NCBI GenBank assembly: GCA_009840175.1
Contig: VXOI01000062.1
Span: 4,727 to 68,726 of the forward strand
DNA length: 64,000 nt
Direction of reading: 5' to 3'
Source: Chloroflexota bacterium
GTDB lineage: Bacteria; Chloroflexota; Dehalococcoidia; Lucifugimonadales; UBA3495
This document shows positions 1 to 10,037 of the stretch, one piece after another. The notes below the pieces were generated by a model. That model was given only the letters and a program-made list of their open reading frames with translations. It made no database searches and was not told the DNA's origin. The position numbers and the translations under genes are program-made. Numbering within the stretch: the first letter of the stretch is position 1; every line of letters starts with the position of its first letter.

Positions 1-1037
1 ACGCTGGCGCCCAGCTTATGGATATGGAGATGGTGCAGTACCATCCCACCACCCTTGCGGGCAGCGGCGTTTTGATTTCCGAGGCGGCTCGCGGCGAAGG
101 CGCCTACCTGCTGGACAAAGACGGCAATCGCTTCATGCAGAAGTACGCCCCCAACATGATGGAATTGGCCTCCCGCGATGTGGTTTCCCGCGCCGAGCAG
201 ACGGAAATAAACGCGGGCAACGGCATCAACGGCTGCGTGCTGCTGGACTGCCGTCACCTGGGCGAGTCCCTGATAATGGAGAAACTGAGCCAGATACGGG
301 AAATCGGCATTGACCTGATCGGCGTGGACATGATCAGGGAGCCCATTCCCATTCGCCCCGGAATGCACTACATAATGGGCGGCATCAAGACCGACGTGGA
401 CGGTTTGACCAATGTACCCGGCGTCTACGCAGCAGGAGAATGTGCCTGCGTCAGCGTGCACGGCGGCAACCGCCTGGGCGCCAACTCCCTGCTGGATACC
501 ATCGTTTTCGGCGAGCGCTCCGGGAATCACGCTGCCGAGGCATCGCGAGACGTTGACTATGTTGAATTCAACGTTGAGCAGGCGGTCAGGAACGAAGAGA
601 AGCGTATCCAGGAACTATTGGACCGCCCGGCAAACGGCGACCGCATTGCCAGCGTGCGCCTGGGTATGGGCGAGTCCATGAACCGCAATCTCGCCGTCTA
701 CCGCAACCAGGAAGGCATGGAGGAATCCCTGGGCGATTTGGAGCAGTTGCACGAGCGCTTCGAGACCGTGCCGGTGGAGAACAAGGGTAAGGTGTTCAAC
801 ACCGACCTGGTGTTCGCCCTCGAACTGGGCTTCATGCTGGACGTTGCGCCTTCCATTGTTGTTAGTGCCCTCGACCGTAAAGACAGCCGCGGCGCCCAGG
901 CCCGCACGGACTACCCAGACCGGGACGACGAAAACTGGATGAAGCATCTGGTTGTCAGAAAGGGCGAGACGGGACCGGATATCTCCTACGCGCCCGTAAG
1001 CATCACTAGGTGGGAGCCGGAAGAGAGGAAGTACTAG
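1..1037 (+). CDS. sdhA: succinate dehydrogenase/fumarate reductase flavoprotein subunit, C-terminal part (5' end outside window)
   Basis: The translation (..AGAQLMDMEMVQYHPTTLAGSGVLISEAARGEGAYL.., ..HGGNRLGANSLLD..) matches conserved SdhA/FrdA segments. The frame is open back to position 3. sdhB follows directly. Confidence 0.9.
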   Translation, partial: AGAQLMDMEMVQYHPTTLAGSGVLISEAARGEGAYLLDKDGNRFMQKYAPNMMELASRDVVSRAEQTEINAGNGINGCVLLDCRHLGESLIMEKLSQIREIGIDLIGVDMIREPIPIRPGMHYIMGGIKTDVDGLTNVPGVYAAGECACVSVHGGNRLGANSLLDTIVFGERSGNHAAEASRDVDYVEFNVEQAVRNEEKRIQELLDRPANGDRIASVRLGMGESMNRNLAVYRNQEGMEESLGDLEQLHERFETVPVENKGKVFNTDLVFALELGFMLDVAPSIVVSALDRKDSRGAQARTDYPDRDDENWMKHLVVRKGETGPDISYAPVSITRWEPEERKY

Positions 1038-1050
1038 GCAACTGTGGTGA

Positions 1051-1077
1051 TCCCCTCCCTCTCTTGGGAGGGTTGAG
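1051..1077. repeat. CCCTCCC/GGGAGGG hairpin repeat ('PSP/GEG' family) between sdhA and sdhB
   Basis: tcccctccctctcttgggagggttgag has an inverted repeat CCCTCCC..GGGAGGG. The same motif class occurs at 6558, 11476, 25703 and 26903. Confidence 0.5.
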
Positions 1078-1140
1078 CTGGGGTCGGAATGCCGGTGGCT
1101 GGTATCTTGAGGCAAACACCGAGAGAAAGGATAGCGACAG

Positions 1141-2109
1141 ATGAACGTCACCATCAGGGTGCAACGCCAGGACCCGGAAGCGGAAAATACTGCACCTTTC
1201 TGGCAGGACTACTCGCTGGAAGTCGAAGATAACGCTACCGTCCTGGACGCTCTCATCAAGATACGGGAGGACCTGGACGGCACTCTCAGCCTCCGTTGCT
1301 CCTGCCGCAGCTCCATCTGCGGTTCCTGCGCCATGCGTATCAATGGCCATGCCGGTCTTGCCTGCAAGACGCAGGCGGCTGCCTCTCTTCAGGAGGGAGA
1401 CGTGATCGAGGTCGAACCGGCCGGCAATATGCCGGTCATCAAAGACCTTGTGGTCAACTTCGATCTCTTCTGGGACAAGATCATGGAGGTCGAACCTTTC
1501 CTCCAGCCCCAGGGTCCGGAGCCTGAGCAAGAATACGTCGTCTCCAACGAGTCCATGCTGCACCTGTCCGGTGTTACTGCCTGCATCATGTGCGGGGCCT
1601 GCGTTTCGGACTGCACGGTGATGGAAGTTGATCCGTCCTTCCTCGGCCCGGCTGCCCTTGCCAAGGCGTATCGCTTTACCGCCGACCCGCGCGACGGCGA
1701 CGATGAGGGGGTTTCCAAGGAGCGGTTGGAGCAGTTGAATATGCCTTCGGGCATCTGGGACTGCACCCGCTGCCTGGAATGCGTTCAGGCCTGCCCGAAG
1801 GGTGTGGCTCCGATGGAGCGAATCATGGCTATGAGAGATCAGGCCATGGCCGCAGGCTTCCACAACACCAACGGCGCCCGCCACACCGAGGCGTTCTCCG
1901 AGTCGGTGGAGCATAGCGGCACGCTGGACGAACTTCGACTGGTGCCCAAGTCGCTGGGCATGACCAACGTTTCGGGATTGCTGGGCTACGCTCCGGTGGC
2001 TTTGCAGGCGCTGACCCACGGCAAGATGCCGCCAATCATGCACAAGAAGATTGAGGGCATCGAGCACGTCCGCCGTATTTTCGAGGAAGTTGACGAGACC
2101 GAGCGTTAG
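1141..2109 (+). CDS. sdhB: succinate dehydrogenase/fumarate reductase iron-sulfur subunit with C-terminal extension
   Basis: It has the 2Fe-2S motif CSCRSSICGSCAMRING plus the Cys clusters CIMCGACVSDC and CTRCLECVQACP. It sits immediately after sdhA. Confidence 0.88.
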   Translation: MNVTIRVQRQDPEAENTAPFWQDYSLEVEDNATVLDALIKIREDLDGTLSLRCSCRSSICGSCAMRINGHAGLACKTQAAASLQEGDVIEVEPAGNMPVIKDLVVNFDLFWDKIMEVEPFLQPQGPEPEQEYVVSNESMLHLSGVTACIMCGACVSDCTVMEVDPSFLGPAALAKAYRFTADPRDGDDEGVSKERLEQLNMPSGIWDCTRCLECVQACPKGVAPMERIMAMRDQAMAAGFHNTNGARHTEAFSESVEHSGTLDELRLVPKSLGMTNVSGLLGYAPVALQALTHGKMPPIMHKKIEGIEHVRRIFEEVDETER

Positions 2110-2159
2110 AACGGCATTTTCGACCAGATGGGATACTTGTTTCTGAAGGGAGACCAGAG

Positions 2160-3053
2160 TTGAGGTACGCTTTCTTTCCTGGCTGCGTTTCGCGGGGCGG
2201 TTGCCCCGAGTTGTATCCGGCGGCGGTGCTTATCTGCAAGCGGCTGGGCATAGACCTCTGGGAGATGCAGGGCGCGTCCTGCACCGGCGCAGGGGTGTTG
2301 CAGGAGAAGAACCAGTTGCTGGGCGATACGCTGAACGCCCGCACCTTCGCCATGGCGGAGTACTGGGACCTGCCGATAATGACCATCTGTAGCACCTGCC
2401 AGGGCGTGATGAGCCAGGCCAACTTCCGCCTGCGCGACCCTGAATACCGCGCCAGGGTGAACGGCTACCTGGCGGAAGAAGGGCTGGAATACAAGGGCAA
2501 CGCCGACCCCAAGCACCTTCTCTGGATCCTGATTGAGGACTACGGTCTGGACAAGCTGGAAGAGTTGATCACCCGCCCGCTTCACGGCGTGCGTCTCGCC
2601 CCCTTCTACGGCTGCTACTTGGTGCGTCCCACCGATGCCCTGCAGTTCGCCGATAACCCGGAGCGGCAGGACTCGCTGGAACGGTTGATAGAGATCTTGG
2701 GTGCGACCGTCGTGGACTTCTCGGGCAAGACCCGCTGCTGTGGGTTCCCCATTCTGACCATCAACGAGCGCAACTCATTGGCGATGGTGGGCAAGCATAC
2801 CAGTGAAGCCAAGGATCTGGGCGCCGACGCCATGATCACTCCATGCCCGCTGTGCCACTTGAACCTGGACAGCTTCCAGCCCAAGGCGGCTGCCCAGGCC
2901 GGACGCGACATCGGGCTGCCCATCCTGCATATGCCCCAGGCCATCGGTTTGGCCATGGGCATCAGCCCGCAGGAGTTGGGCCTCCGCCGCCACATCGTCA
3001 ACACCCGCCCGCTGCTGACTCAGCTCACTCCTGCCGGAGCCGGTCACCACTAG
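2160..3053 (+). CDS. CCG-domain (HdrB-like) subunit of a type E succinate:quinone oxidoreductase, or a related thiol-dependent fumarate reductase
   Basis: It has the N-terminal FFPGC.. and the ..KTRCCGFP.. / ..TPCPLCHLNL.. motifs typical of HdrB/SdhE(C) CCG proteins. It is third in the sdhAB cluster. The start is TTG at 2160. Confidence 0.7.
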   Translation: MRYAFFPGCVSRGGCPELYPAAVLICKRLGIDLWEMQGASCTGAGVLQEKNQLLGDTLNARTFAMAEYWDLPIMTICSTCQGVMSQANFRLRDPEYRARVNGYLAEEGLEYKGNADPKHLLWILIEDYGLDKLEELITRPLHGVRLAPFYGCYLVRPTDALQFADNPERQDSLERLIEILGATVVDFSGKTRCCGFPILTINERNSLAMVGKHTSEAKDLGADAMITPCPLCHLNLDSFQPKAAAQAGRDIGLPILHMPQAIGLAMGISPQELGLRRHIVNTRPLLTQLTPAGAGHH

Positions 3054-3166
3054 AGGACAGCCGTGAGGCGCAGGATTTCGCCATTACCGGGGCCGCCGCG
3101 CGGACGGCGGCCTCTTTTGCTGGAGACCGTGTCCCTAACCAACACACCGCTGACAGGGGCTACCTC

Positions 3167-3916
3167 ATGCAACAACAGGCACCCACCGAGGCAATTCCGG
3201 AAGACTGGCAGACTGCGCTGGCCGTCGTGGCCCACCCCGACGACTTGGAGTATGGGGCCGCCAGCGCCGTAGCCAAGTGGACGGCGCAAGGGAAGCGGGT
3301 CGTCTACGTCATGGTGTCTAGGGGCGAGGCGGGCATAGACGGTATGCACCCGTCGGAAACGGGGCCGCTGCGCTCGCAGGAAGAGATTGACGCCGCTCGC
3401 GTGGTGGGCGTAGACACCGTGGAGTTTATGGACTACCCAGACGGGATTATAGAATATGGGCTACCGCTGCGCCGCGACCTCAGCCGCGCCATACGAAAAC
3501 ACCAGCCCGACGTTATCCTGACCCTGAGCCACCACCTGCAATTCCCCACTGGCCACCTGAACATGGCCGACCACCGCAACGTGGGAATTGCTGTGTTCGA
3601 CGCATCCCGCGATGCTGCCAACCGCTGGATATTTCCCGAACTGCTGGAGGAGGCGCTGGAGCCGTGGAACGGAGTCAGGTTCGTCGCCACCTTCGGTCCC
3701 TCCGATCCCACCCACGGCATAGACGTTACGGGCTACTGGAACCAGGGGCTGGACTCGCTCCGCCAGCACAGGGCCTATCTGGAATATCTTGGCTCCGAAT
3801 CCGCAGATAGCACCTTCCAGTTTCTCACAGCGCACGCCGTGGAGAGCGGCCAGTCCTTCGGCTGCGAGCACGCGGTGTTCACCGAGCTGGTGCTGATTAA
3901 CGAGCCTTGGGGTTAG
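3167..3916 (+). CDS. PIG-L/LmbE family N-acetylglucosaminyl deacetylase
   Basis: The AVVAHPDDLEYGAAS motif matches the PIG-L AHPDDE signature. The ATG at 3167 was chosen because the upstream part of ORF 2843..3916 overlaps the preceding gene and is a Pro/Arg/His-rich shadow. Confidence 0.75.
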   Translation: MQQQAPTEAIPEDWQTALAVVAHPDDLEYGAASAVAKWTAQGKRVVYVMVSRGEAGIDGMHPSETGPLRSQEEIDAARVVGVDTVEFMDYPDGIIEYGLPLRRDLSRAIRKHQPDVILTLSHHLQFPTGHLNMADHRNVGIAVFDASRDAANRWIFPELLEEALEPWNGVRFVATFGPSDPTHGIDVTGYWNQGLDSLRQHRAYLEYLGSESADSTFQFLTAHAVESGQSFGCEHAVFTELVLINEPWG

Positions 3917-4013
3917 GGCGGCTATCAACCGAAACATCCGGCGGCCAGTCGGGGTAATTCAATAGGCTGGGGACGGGGCTCCCCAGCCTGGCCTTTTCCT
4001 GAATTTCCTTTTC

Positions 4014-5309
4014 CTAGCTCCGCAGCGTTGGCACAATCTTGCGGTAGGCTTCGATGGTGCGTTCTACGTCCTCGTCGGTGTGGACTGCGGACGGGTAGTA
4101 TTTCTGGCCGCCCTTGAGGACGCCGCGTTCCAGCAGCCCGGCGTTGAGGCGCCCGAGCATTGCTCCGTCGCCCGAGAGTATGTCGCGGTAGTTGTTGACC
4201 GGCTGGTCGGTGAAGCAGAAGTCGAATACCGCATCCTCGCCGCAGCTCTGCACCGGGATGCCGTTCTCTTCGCAAAGCTCCGTCATCGCGTTGCGGAGGG
4301 CCGCGCCGGAGCCATGGACGCGGCGGTAGGCGTCGGGATCGTCGCGCAGCACTTCCAGAGTGGCGAGGCCGGCGGCGCAGGCTACCGGGTTGCCGTTCAG
4401 AGTGCCGATCTGGCTGACGAAGGTGTCGCTGTCCACTTCGCCCCGGTCGTAGACCGACATAATTTCGGCCCGCCCCAGGATGGCTGCCAGTGGGTAGCCC
4501 CCACCCATTATTTTGCCCACCGAGCAGAGGTCGGGTGTCACGCCGTAGAATTCCTGCGCTCCCCCGTAGGCCAGGCGGAAGCTGGTGACCACCTCGTCGA
4601 AGATAAGGGGGATGCCGTAGCGGGTGGCAATGTCCCGCAGCCCTTGAAGGAAGCCCGGACGGGGAGCGATGATGCGCTGCATAGGTTCAACGATGACCGC
4701 CGCCAACTCGTCGTGGTGGGCTTGGACGATGGCCTCAGTGGTGGCAAGGTCGTTGAACGGCGCAATGAGCATCAGGTCTGCGATGGCCTTGGGTATGCCG
4801 CCGCTGTTGGCCTCGGATTGCGGAAACTCCAACGACGCGCTGGGTGTGACGCTCATCAGGGCATAGTCGCTGCTGCCGTGGTAGCCGCCCTCGAACTTGA
4901 GCACCTTTTCCTTGCCCGTGAAGGCGCGGCAGATGCGCATGGCCTGGAAGCAGGCGTCGGTGCCGCTGGTGGTGAAACGCACCTGCTCGGCGCAGGGGAC
5001 GGCCTCAGTCAGCGCCTCCGCGAGCATGACTGCCTTATCGTTGTTGGCAAAGAAGGTGCTGCCCTGCTCCACGGTCTTGATGACCGCTTCGACAACATGA
5101 GGGTGGGCGTGGCCCAGCAGCATCGGCCCGCTGCCCATGAGCCAGTCCACGTATTCGTTGCCGCTGACGTCCCAGACACGGGAGCCTTTGCCGCCCGAGA
5201 CGAGGAAGTCCTGCTCGGAGTTGAAGTGGAGGTTGCCCGTATTGCCGCCGGGCAGATAGCGGCCCGCCTTTTCCAGCAGGCGTTGTTCTTCAGGAGTGCG
5301 GTTGGGCAT
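4014..5309 (-). CDS. class-III (GSA-aminomutase-like) pyridoxal-phosphate aminotransferase
   Basis: 431 aa with ..YLPGGNTGN.., ..FEGGYHGSSD.., ..FDEVVTSFR.. and ..GKIMGGGYPLAA.., which are typical of the HemL-like aminotransferase family. It does not look like a canonical HemL N-terminus. Confidence 0.8.
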   Translation of the reverse strand: MPNRTPEEQRLLEKAGRYLPGGNTGNLHFNSEQDFLVSGGKGSRVWDVSGNEYVDWLMGSGPMLLGHAHPHVVEAVIKTVEQGSTFFANNDKAVMLAEALTEAVPCAEQVRFTTSGTDACFQAMRICRAFTGKEKVLKFEGGYHGSSDYALMSVTPSASLEFPQSEANSGGIPKAIADLMLIAPFNDLATTEAIVQAHHDELAAVIVEPMQRIIAPRPGFLQGLRDIATRYGIPLIFDEVVTSFRLAYGGAQEFYGVTPDLCSVGKIMGGGYPLAAILGRAEIMSVYDRGEVDSDTFVSQIGTLNGNPVACAAGLATLEVLRDDPDAYRRVHGSGAALRNAMTELCEENGIPVQSCGEDAVFDFCFTDQPVNNYRDILSGDGAMLGRLNAGLLERGVLKGGQKYYPSAVHTDEDVERTIEAYRKIVPTLRS

Positions 5310-5397
5310 GGCGGGCCTCCAACGCAGTTTATTGATCTATTTGAAAACCCTTATGACCTGCTAAGGGCTATGTGTCAATTATACTCCCGACATAACG

Positions 5398-5434
5398 AAA
5401 TCGGCTCAGTTCTCAACTGCAACTGAGCCGATTT
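5398..5434 (-). terminator. intrinsic terminator hairpin downstream of mdh
   Basis: A perfect 14-bp stem, aaatcggctcagtt / aactgagccgattt, with a 9-nt loop and T-containing flanks on both strands. Confidence 0.55.
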
Positions 5435-5485
5435 TATCCTGTCGTAGTTACCCGGATGCCGCCGAAGGGCTGAGGCTGTGGCGCG

Positions 5486-6427
5486 CTATGCAGACGCCCT
5501 TGCCTGTTGCATCACCTCCACCAGTTCCTGGACGCTGGCGGCGGAGCTTTGGAGGGCGGCCTGCTCCTCGGAGGTGAGGCGGATTTCGATGACTTGCTCC
5601 ATGCCCCCGGCGCCGAGCTTGACGGGAACGCCGACGCAGAGGCCGTTGATGCCGTATTCGCCCTGGAGGTAGGCACAAGCGGGTAGGATGCGCTTCTTGT
5701 CCAGCAACACGGCCTCCACCATCTGCGTGATGGCCGCGGAGGGGGCGTAGTAGGCACTGCCTTCCTTGAGGAGCTGGACTATCTCGCCGCCGCCCTGCCG
5801 CGTGCGCCGCACCAGTTGCTCCACCTTTTCCTCGGCCATCAGCTCGCTTATGGGAATGCCGCCGACGGTGGTGTAGCGCACCAGCGGCACCATGTCGTCG
5901 CCGTGGCCGCCGAGCACGTAAGCTTGGACATCCTCGACCGAGACGTTGAGTTCCTGGGAGATGAAGGTGCGGAACCGCGCGGTGTCCAGTACACCGGCCA
6001 TGCCGAAGACGCGCTCGCGGGGGAAGCCGCTGGCTTCGTAGATGTTCTGGACCATGGCGTCCAGCGGGTTGGTGACCGGGATGATGATGCAGTTGGGGGA
6101 GTGCTTGACCACCTGCTCGGTTACGGCGGTCGTGATGCGCATATTGGTGAGCAGCAGGTCGTCGCGGCTCATTCCGGGCCGCCGGGCTATACCAGCGGTG
6201 ATGACCACGACGTCGGAATCGGCGGTCTCCTCGTAGCCGTTACTGCCGGTGATGAGGGCGTCGGTGCCCAGGACCGGCCCGGATTCAAGCATATCCAGCG
6301 ACTTTCCCTGGGGCAGGTCTTCGACTATATCGACTATCACCACGTCGGCATAGCCCAGTTGGTGTATCCGCTGTGCGGTGGTTGCGCCGACGTTGCCCGC
6401 GCCGACTACGGTTACCTTGTTTCGCAT
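5486..6427 (-). CDS. mdh: malate dehydrogenase (LDH-like, NAD-dependent)
   Basis: [18 protein letters not shown].. is a Rossmann motif, and ..[17 protein letters not shown].. and ..[11 protein letters not shown].. are typical of Mdh type 3. The ATG at 6427 was chosen over the upstream alternative start at 6463. Confidence 0.9.
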   Translation of the reverse strand: MRNKVTVVGAGNVGATTAQRIHQLGYADVVIVDIVEDLPQGKSLDMLESGPVLGTDALITGSNGYEETADSDVVVITAGIARRPGMSRDDLLLTNMRITTAVTEQVVKHSPNCIIIPVTNPLDAMVQNIYEASGFPRERVFGMAGVLDTARFRTFISQELNVSVEDVQAYVLGGHGDDMVPLVRYTTVGGIPISELMAEEKVEQLVRRTRQGGGEIVQLLKEGSAYYAPSAAITQMVEAVLLDKKRILPACAYLQGEYGINGLCVGVPVKLGAGGMEQVIEIRLTSEEQAALQSSAASVQELVEVMQQARASA

Positions 6428-6557
6428 TGGCTGGCTATTCCTCCAAAGTGGGGCAGCCTGCATTCATGGCTGCCGCAGATTAGTAGAGGGGAATCCCTGC
6501 GACTCCCCTCTGGATTGCCTGTACTGTGTATTCAGAATGGTGTTGCTGCCGCTATTT

Positions 6558-6584
6558 CACCCTCACCCTCAAGGGAGAGGGAAC
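6558..6584. repeat. CCCTCACCC/GGGAGAGGG hairpin repeat ('PSP/GEG' family) downstream of icd
   Basis: caccctcaccctcaagggagagggaac lies between the icd stop and the mdh start. Confidence 0.5.
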
Positions 6585-6591
6585 TGTTTCT

Positions 6592-8820
6592 TTAGATTGC
6601 GTCCACGATGGCATTCAGGGTGGCGCTGGGGCGCATGGACCTGGACGCCATATCGTCATCGGGGATGTAATATCCGCCGATCTCCACTGGCTGGCCCTGG
6701 CAGTCGATCAACTCCTGGATGATTTTGTCCTCATTCTCGGTCATCCGCTGGGCTACCCTGGCAAAGCGGGCCTGTAGCTCGGCGTCCTGGGTCTGCTCGG
6801 CGAGCGCCTGCGCCCAGTACAGCGCGAGGTAGAAGTGACTGCCCCGGGTGTCCAGTTCGTTGACGCGGCGCGATGGCGCTTTCCGCTGCTCCAGGTGCTC
6901 GCCGATGGCCTGGTCCAGCGTGTCAGCCAGGAGTTGGGCCCGGTCGTTCTTGAAGACTTGGGCACAGTGCTCGAAGGACGCGACCAGTGCGCAGAACTCG
7001 CCCAGAGAGTCCCAACGCAGGTGGCCTTCCTCTAGGAACTGCTGCACGTGCCTGGGGGCCGACCCGCCCGCCCCGGTCTCGAACATCCCGCCGCCCCTGA
7101 GAAGGGGAACGACGGAGAGCATCTTGGCGCTGGTGCCCAGCTCCAGGATGGGAAAGAGGTCGGTCAGGTAGTCGCGCAAGACGTTGCCAGTCACCGAGAT
7201 GGTATCCTGGCCGGCCCTGCTCCGTTCGATGGTGGCCTTCATGGCGTCTATGGTGGCCATCACCCGTATGTCCAGCCCGGTGGTGTCATGGGTGGGCAGG
7301 TATTTTTCCACCTTCTTGATAAGCTCGGCGTCATGGGCCCGGTTCGGGTCCAGCCAGAAGATGGCCGGCGTTCCGGTAAGCCTGGCCCGGTTGACCCCCA
7401 GCTTGACCCAGTCTTCTATGGCGGCGTCCTTGGTCTGGCACATCCGGAAGATGTCGTCTGTCTCGACGCTCTGCTCCATCAGTGTCGTTCCGGCTGCGTC
7501 CACCACCCGTATCGCGCCGTTGCCGGGAGCCTTGAAGGTCTTGTCGTGAGAGCCATACTCTTCGGCGGCCTGGGCCATCAGGCCGACGTTGGCTACGCTC
7601 CCGGTGATTGAAGGATCGAACGCCCCATTCTCCTGGCAGTCCTCAATAACCGCCTGGTACAGGGTCGAGTAGGAACGGTCGGGAATCATGGCGATGCAGT
7701 CGTGCAACTCGTTGTCGGGGCCCCAGGCGCGGCCGCCGTCGCGGATGATGACCGGCATGGAGGCGTCAATGATGGTATCGCTGGGGACGTGCAGATTGGT
7801 GATGCCCCGGTTGGAGTTCACCATGTAAAGCTCAGGGCGATTCTCGTAGACTGCCTGGATGTCCGCCTCGATTTCCTTCCGTTTGTCATCGGGGAGATCC
7901 TGAATCTTGGTGAGGATCTCCGCCACGCCGTTGTCCGGGTCAACCCCAACCTCGGCCAGCGCATCCCCATGCTTCTTGAATACGTCTTCGTAGTAGACCG
8001 ACACGCAGTGCCCAAAGATTATGGGGTCCGATATGCGCATCATGGTGGTTTTCACATGGAGGGAGAGCAGAACGCCGTCCGCATTGGCCTGGGCAATCTG
8101 GGCGGCATAGAACTCCCGCAATTGACGCACGTTCATCGCCGCGCAGTCTATGATTTCGTCGGCCAGCAGGGGAATGCCGGATTTCAGGACGGTGACTTGC
8201 CCGTCCGGAGCAACGTACTCTATGGATGCCGACCCCGATTCGGTTACGGTCAGTGCCTGTTCGGAGCCGTAGAAGTCGCCGCTCGTCATGTAGCCGACAC
8301 GGGTCTTGGACACATCCGGCCAGTCCTGCATCATCCTGTGGGGGTTGCGCTTGCCATGCTCCTTCACGGAGTTGGAGGAACGGCGGTCTGAGTTCCCCTG
8401 GCGCAGAACCGGGTTCACCGCGCTGCCGAGGACCCTGTTGAAACGCGCTCTGGCGTCCCGCTCTTCGTCGGTGGCTGGAACGTCCGGGAAATCAGGAATG
8501 TCGTATCCCTTTTCCTGCAATTCCCGAATCGCGCCCTTCATCTGGGGGATGGAGGCGCTTATGTTGGGGAGCTTGATGATGTTTGCCCCAGGATCCTCGG
8601 TCAGCTCGCCCAGCATGGTCAGGTAATCAGGGATTCTCTGCTCCTCAGTCAGCCTGTCCGGGAAGTTGGCGATGATGCGGCCAGTAAGGGAAATATCCCA
8701 AGGCTCCCATTCGATGCCGGACCCTTTGGTAAAGGCTTGCAGAATCGGCAGCAATGAATGCGTGGCCAAGGCCGGAGCCTCATCAATCTTGGTGTAGATT
8801 ATCTTGGCCGCTTCTGGCAT
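6592..8820 (-). CDS. icd: isocitrate dehydrogenase (NADP+), monomeric type
   Basis: About 742 aa with the N-terminus ..[21 protein letters not shown].., characteristic of monomeric IDH. The ATG at 8820 has an AAGGAG Shine-Dalgarno 6 nt upstream. The TTG at 8838 is probably not the start. Confidence 0.9.
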   Translation of the reverse strand: MPEAAKIIYTKIDEAPALATHSLLPILQAFTKGSGIEWEPWDISLTGRIIANFPDRLTEEQRIPDYLTMLGELTEDPGANIIKLPNISASIPQMKGAIRELQEKGYDIPDFPDVPATDEERDARARFNRVLGSAVNPVLRQGNSDRRSSNSVKEHGKRNPHRMMQDWPDVSKTRVGYMTSGDFYGSEQALTVTESGSASIEYVAPDGQVTVLKSGIPLLADEIIDCAAMNVRQLREFYAAQIAQANADGVLLSLHVKTTMMRISDPIIFGHCVSVYYEDVFKKHGDALAEVGVDPDNGVAEILTKIQDLPDDKRKEIEADIQAVYENRPELYMVNSNRGITNLHVPSDTIIDASMPVIIRDGGRAWGPDNELHDCIAMIPDRSYSTLYQAVIEDCQENGAFDPSITGSVANVGLMAQAAEEYGSHDKTFKAPGNGAIRVVDAAGTTLMEQSVETDDIFRMCQTKDAAIEDWVKLGVNRARLTGTPAIFWLDPNRAHDAELIKKVEKYLPTHDTTGLDIRVMATIDAMKATIERSRAGQDTISVTGNVLRDYLTDLFPILELGTSAKMLSVVPLLRGGGMFETGAGGSAPRHVQQFLEEGHLRWDSLGEFCALVASFEHCAQVFKNDRAQLLADTLDQAIGEHLEQRKAPSRRVNELDTRGSHFYLALYWAQALAEQTQDAELQARFARVAQRMTENEDKIIQELIDCQGQPVEIGGYYIPDDDMASRSMRPSATLNAIVDAI

Positions 8821-9093
8821 TTTCTTCTCCTTGCTCAATTCCAGGTTTGAATACGCCCGAAGCCGACCTGTGGATGATCCCTCGAAAGGACATAAACGCA
8901 GAGCCGCCGGGCCTCGCAGGAACGGTTGCTTCTATTCAGCGAGGGCCCGGTCGCTGCCATGGGTCATCGGCGCAATTATAAGGCCCTCCGACTTCCGGGC
9001 TGGAATCGAGCAAATTATACAACCCAACTGGCCCCTTGCGGTAGTCCTACTGTGAGCGCGCGCAGCAAGGGCTTGCGTCCCTGGCGTGATTGT

Positions 9094-9167
9094 CTGAACT
9101 TTGATTCCGTGATTCCTATGACTTTCTGAATCCTGGTAATTCATCAATCCCATGATTCATAGTTCAG
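9094..9167. repeat. about 74-nt element bounded by CTGAACT..AGTTCAG inverted termini (copy A)
   Basis: It has terminal inverted repeats and shares the internal TTTCTGAAT, AATCC and (A/T)TCATAGTTCAG blocks with the copy at 22498..22581. Confidence 0.55.
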
Positions 9168-9260
9168 GTCCGTCGGCTGCCAACGCCAATTGAAGCAAAC
9201 AAGTCTACGGTATAGACTGTTGCCGGGTCTCATCTTATATCGTACATACGCAATGGCGAT

Positions 9261-10004
9261 ATGGCAGACGGAAGCGCGAAAGCGTCCCGTCCCTCGGGGA
9301 TGCGCAGGCGAAACCGGCTCTCTCGTTCAGGGGATGGCGCCGAAAGAGTGCGGGAATGGCAGTTTGCCTTGCCAGTGGTGATAGTCAGGGCGGTGCTGAT
9401 TGTGGGATTTCTGTACCCACTGATGGCCGTCTTCTCGCGGCGGCGGACATACGGCCGGGAGGTCCTGCGCTCCCTAGACGGCCCGGTTATATTCGCGGCC
9501 AATCACTTGAGCGTGGCTGACAACCCTGCGGTCTTGCTGGCCCTGCCGTGGCGCTGGCGGATGCGGGTGGCTACTGCGGCTTCCGAGGAAGTCATGCAGG
9601 GACGGGGACGTGTACAGAGTTTCTTCGCTGCCTTGATAAGCAACGGGTTCCAGTTTTCCCAGAGGGGCAGCGTGCGGGCCAGCCTGGACCACTGCGCCAG
9701 AATTACGGACGCGGGCTGGTCGTTGCTGTTCTTCCCTGAAGGAGTGCGTTCCGACGACGGTACCATAGGGCCGTTCAAGCCCGGCATCGGTCTGTTGGCC
9801 GCACGGCTGGCGATTCCCGTAGTTCCGGTATATCTGCAAGGCACTGACAGCGTGGTGGCTAAAGGCGGAGCCCGTCCGCACCGGGGCTATATCGAGGTCA
9901 GGTTCGGTCAGCCGATACAAATTTCGGCAGACATGAAGTACGATGTCGCCACCCGGGTTATACGGGACGCCGTTACGTCGCTGTCTTCGGAGCCATTGCC
10001 GTGA
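9261..10004 (+). CDS. lysophospholipid (1-acyl-sn-glycerol-3-phosphate) acyltransferase family protein
   Basis: It has the acyltransferase motifs ..AANHLSVADN.. (HX4D block) and ..FFPEGVRSDDG.. (block III). The start codon is uncertain. Confidence 0.7.
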   Translation: MADGSAKASRPSGMRRRNRLSRSGDGAERVREWQFALPVVIVRAVLIVGFLYPLMAVFSRRRTYGREVLRSLDGPVIFAANHLSVADNPAVLLALPWRWRMRVATAASEEVMQGRGRVQSFFAALISNGFQFSQRGSVRASLDHCARITDAGWSLLFFPEGVRSDDGTIGPFKPGIGLLAARLAIPVVPVYLQGTDSVVAKGGARPHRGYIEVRFGQPIQISADMKYDVATRVIRDAVTSLSSEPLP

Positions 10005-10037
10005 CGCCCGTCAACCGGTGTTGGGAGGCTGGACCAA

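Noticed and set aside
2843-3166. N-terminal extensions proposed by the ORF track: PIG-L 2843, mdh 6463, icd 8838, AXE1 20526, ribE 25681, groEL 34576, PTE 47231, permease 54917, speH 55782, M50 57234, cysteine desulfurase 58129.
   Set aside because: In each case an internal ATG with a good Shine-Dalgarno coincides with the conserved family N-terminus. The extension either overlaps the neighbouring gene or has shadow-like composition.
4080-5426. Long antisense or overlapping ORFs in the six-frame track: 4080..5426+, 1006..2067-, 5816..6595+, 12723..13784+, 13595..14530+, 25376..26608+, 28534..30165+, 30285..31295-, 38191..39438-, 41473..42906-, 47069..48367+, 52187..53656+, 54848..55774+, 61123..62247+.
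   Set aside because: Each lies opposite or out of frame to a gene with strong family-level similarity. Their products are Arg/Gly/Pro/Ala/His-rich with no recognisable motifs. These are typical shadow ORFs of high-GC DNA.
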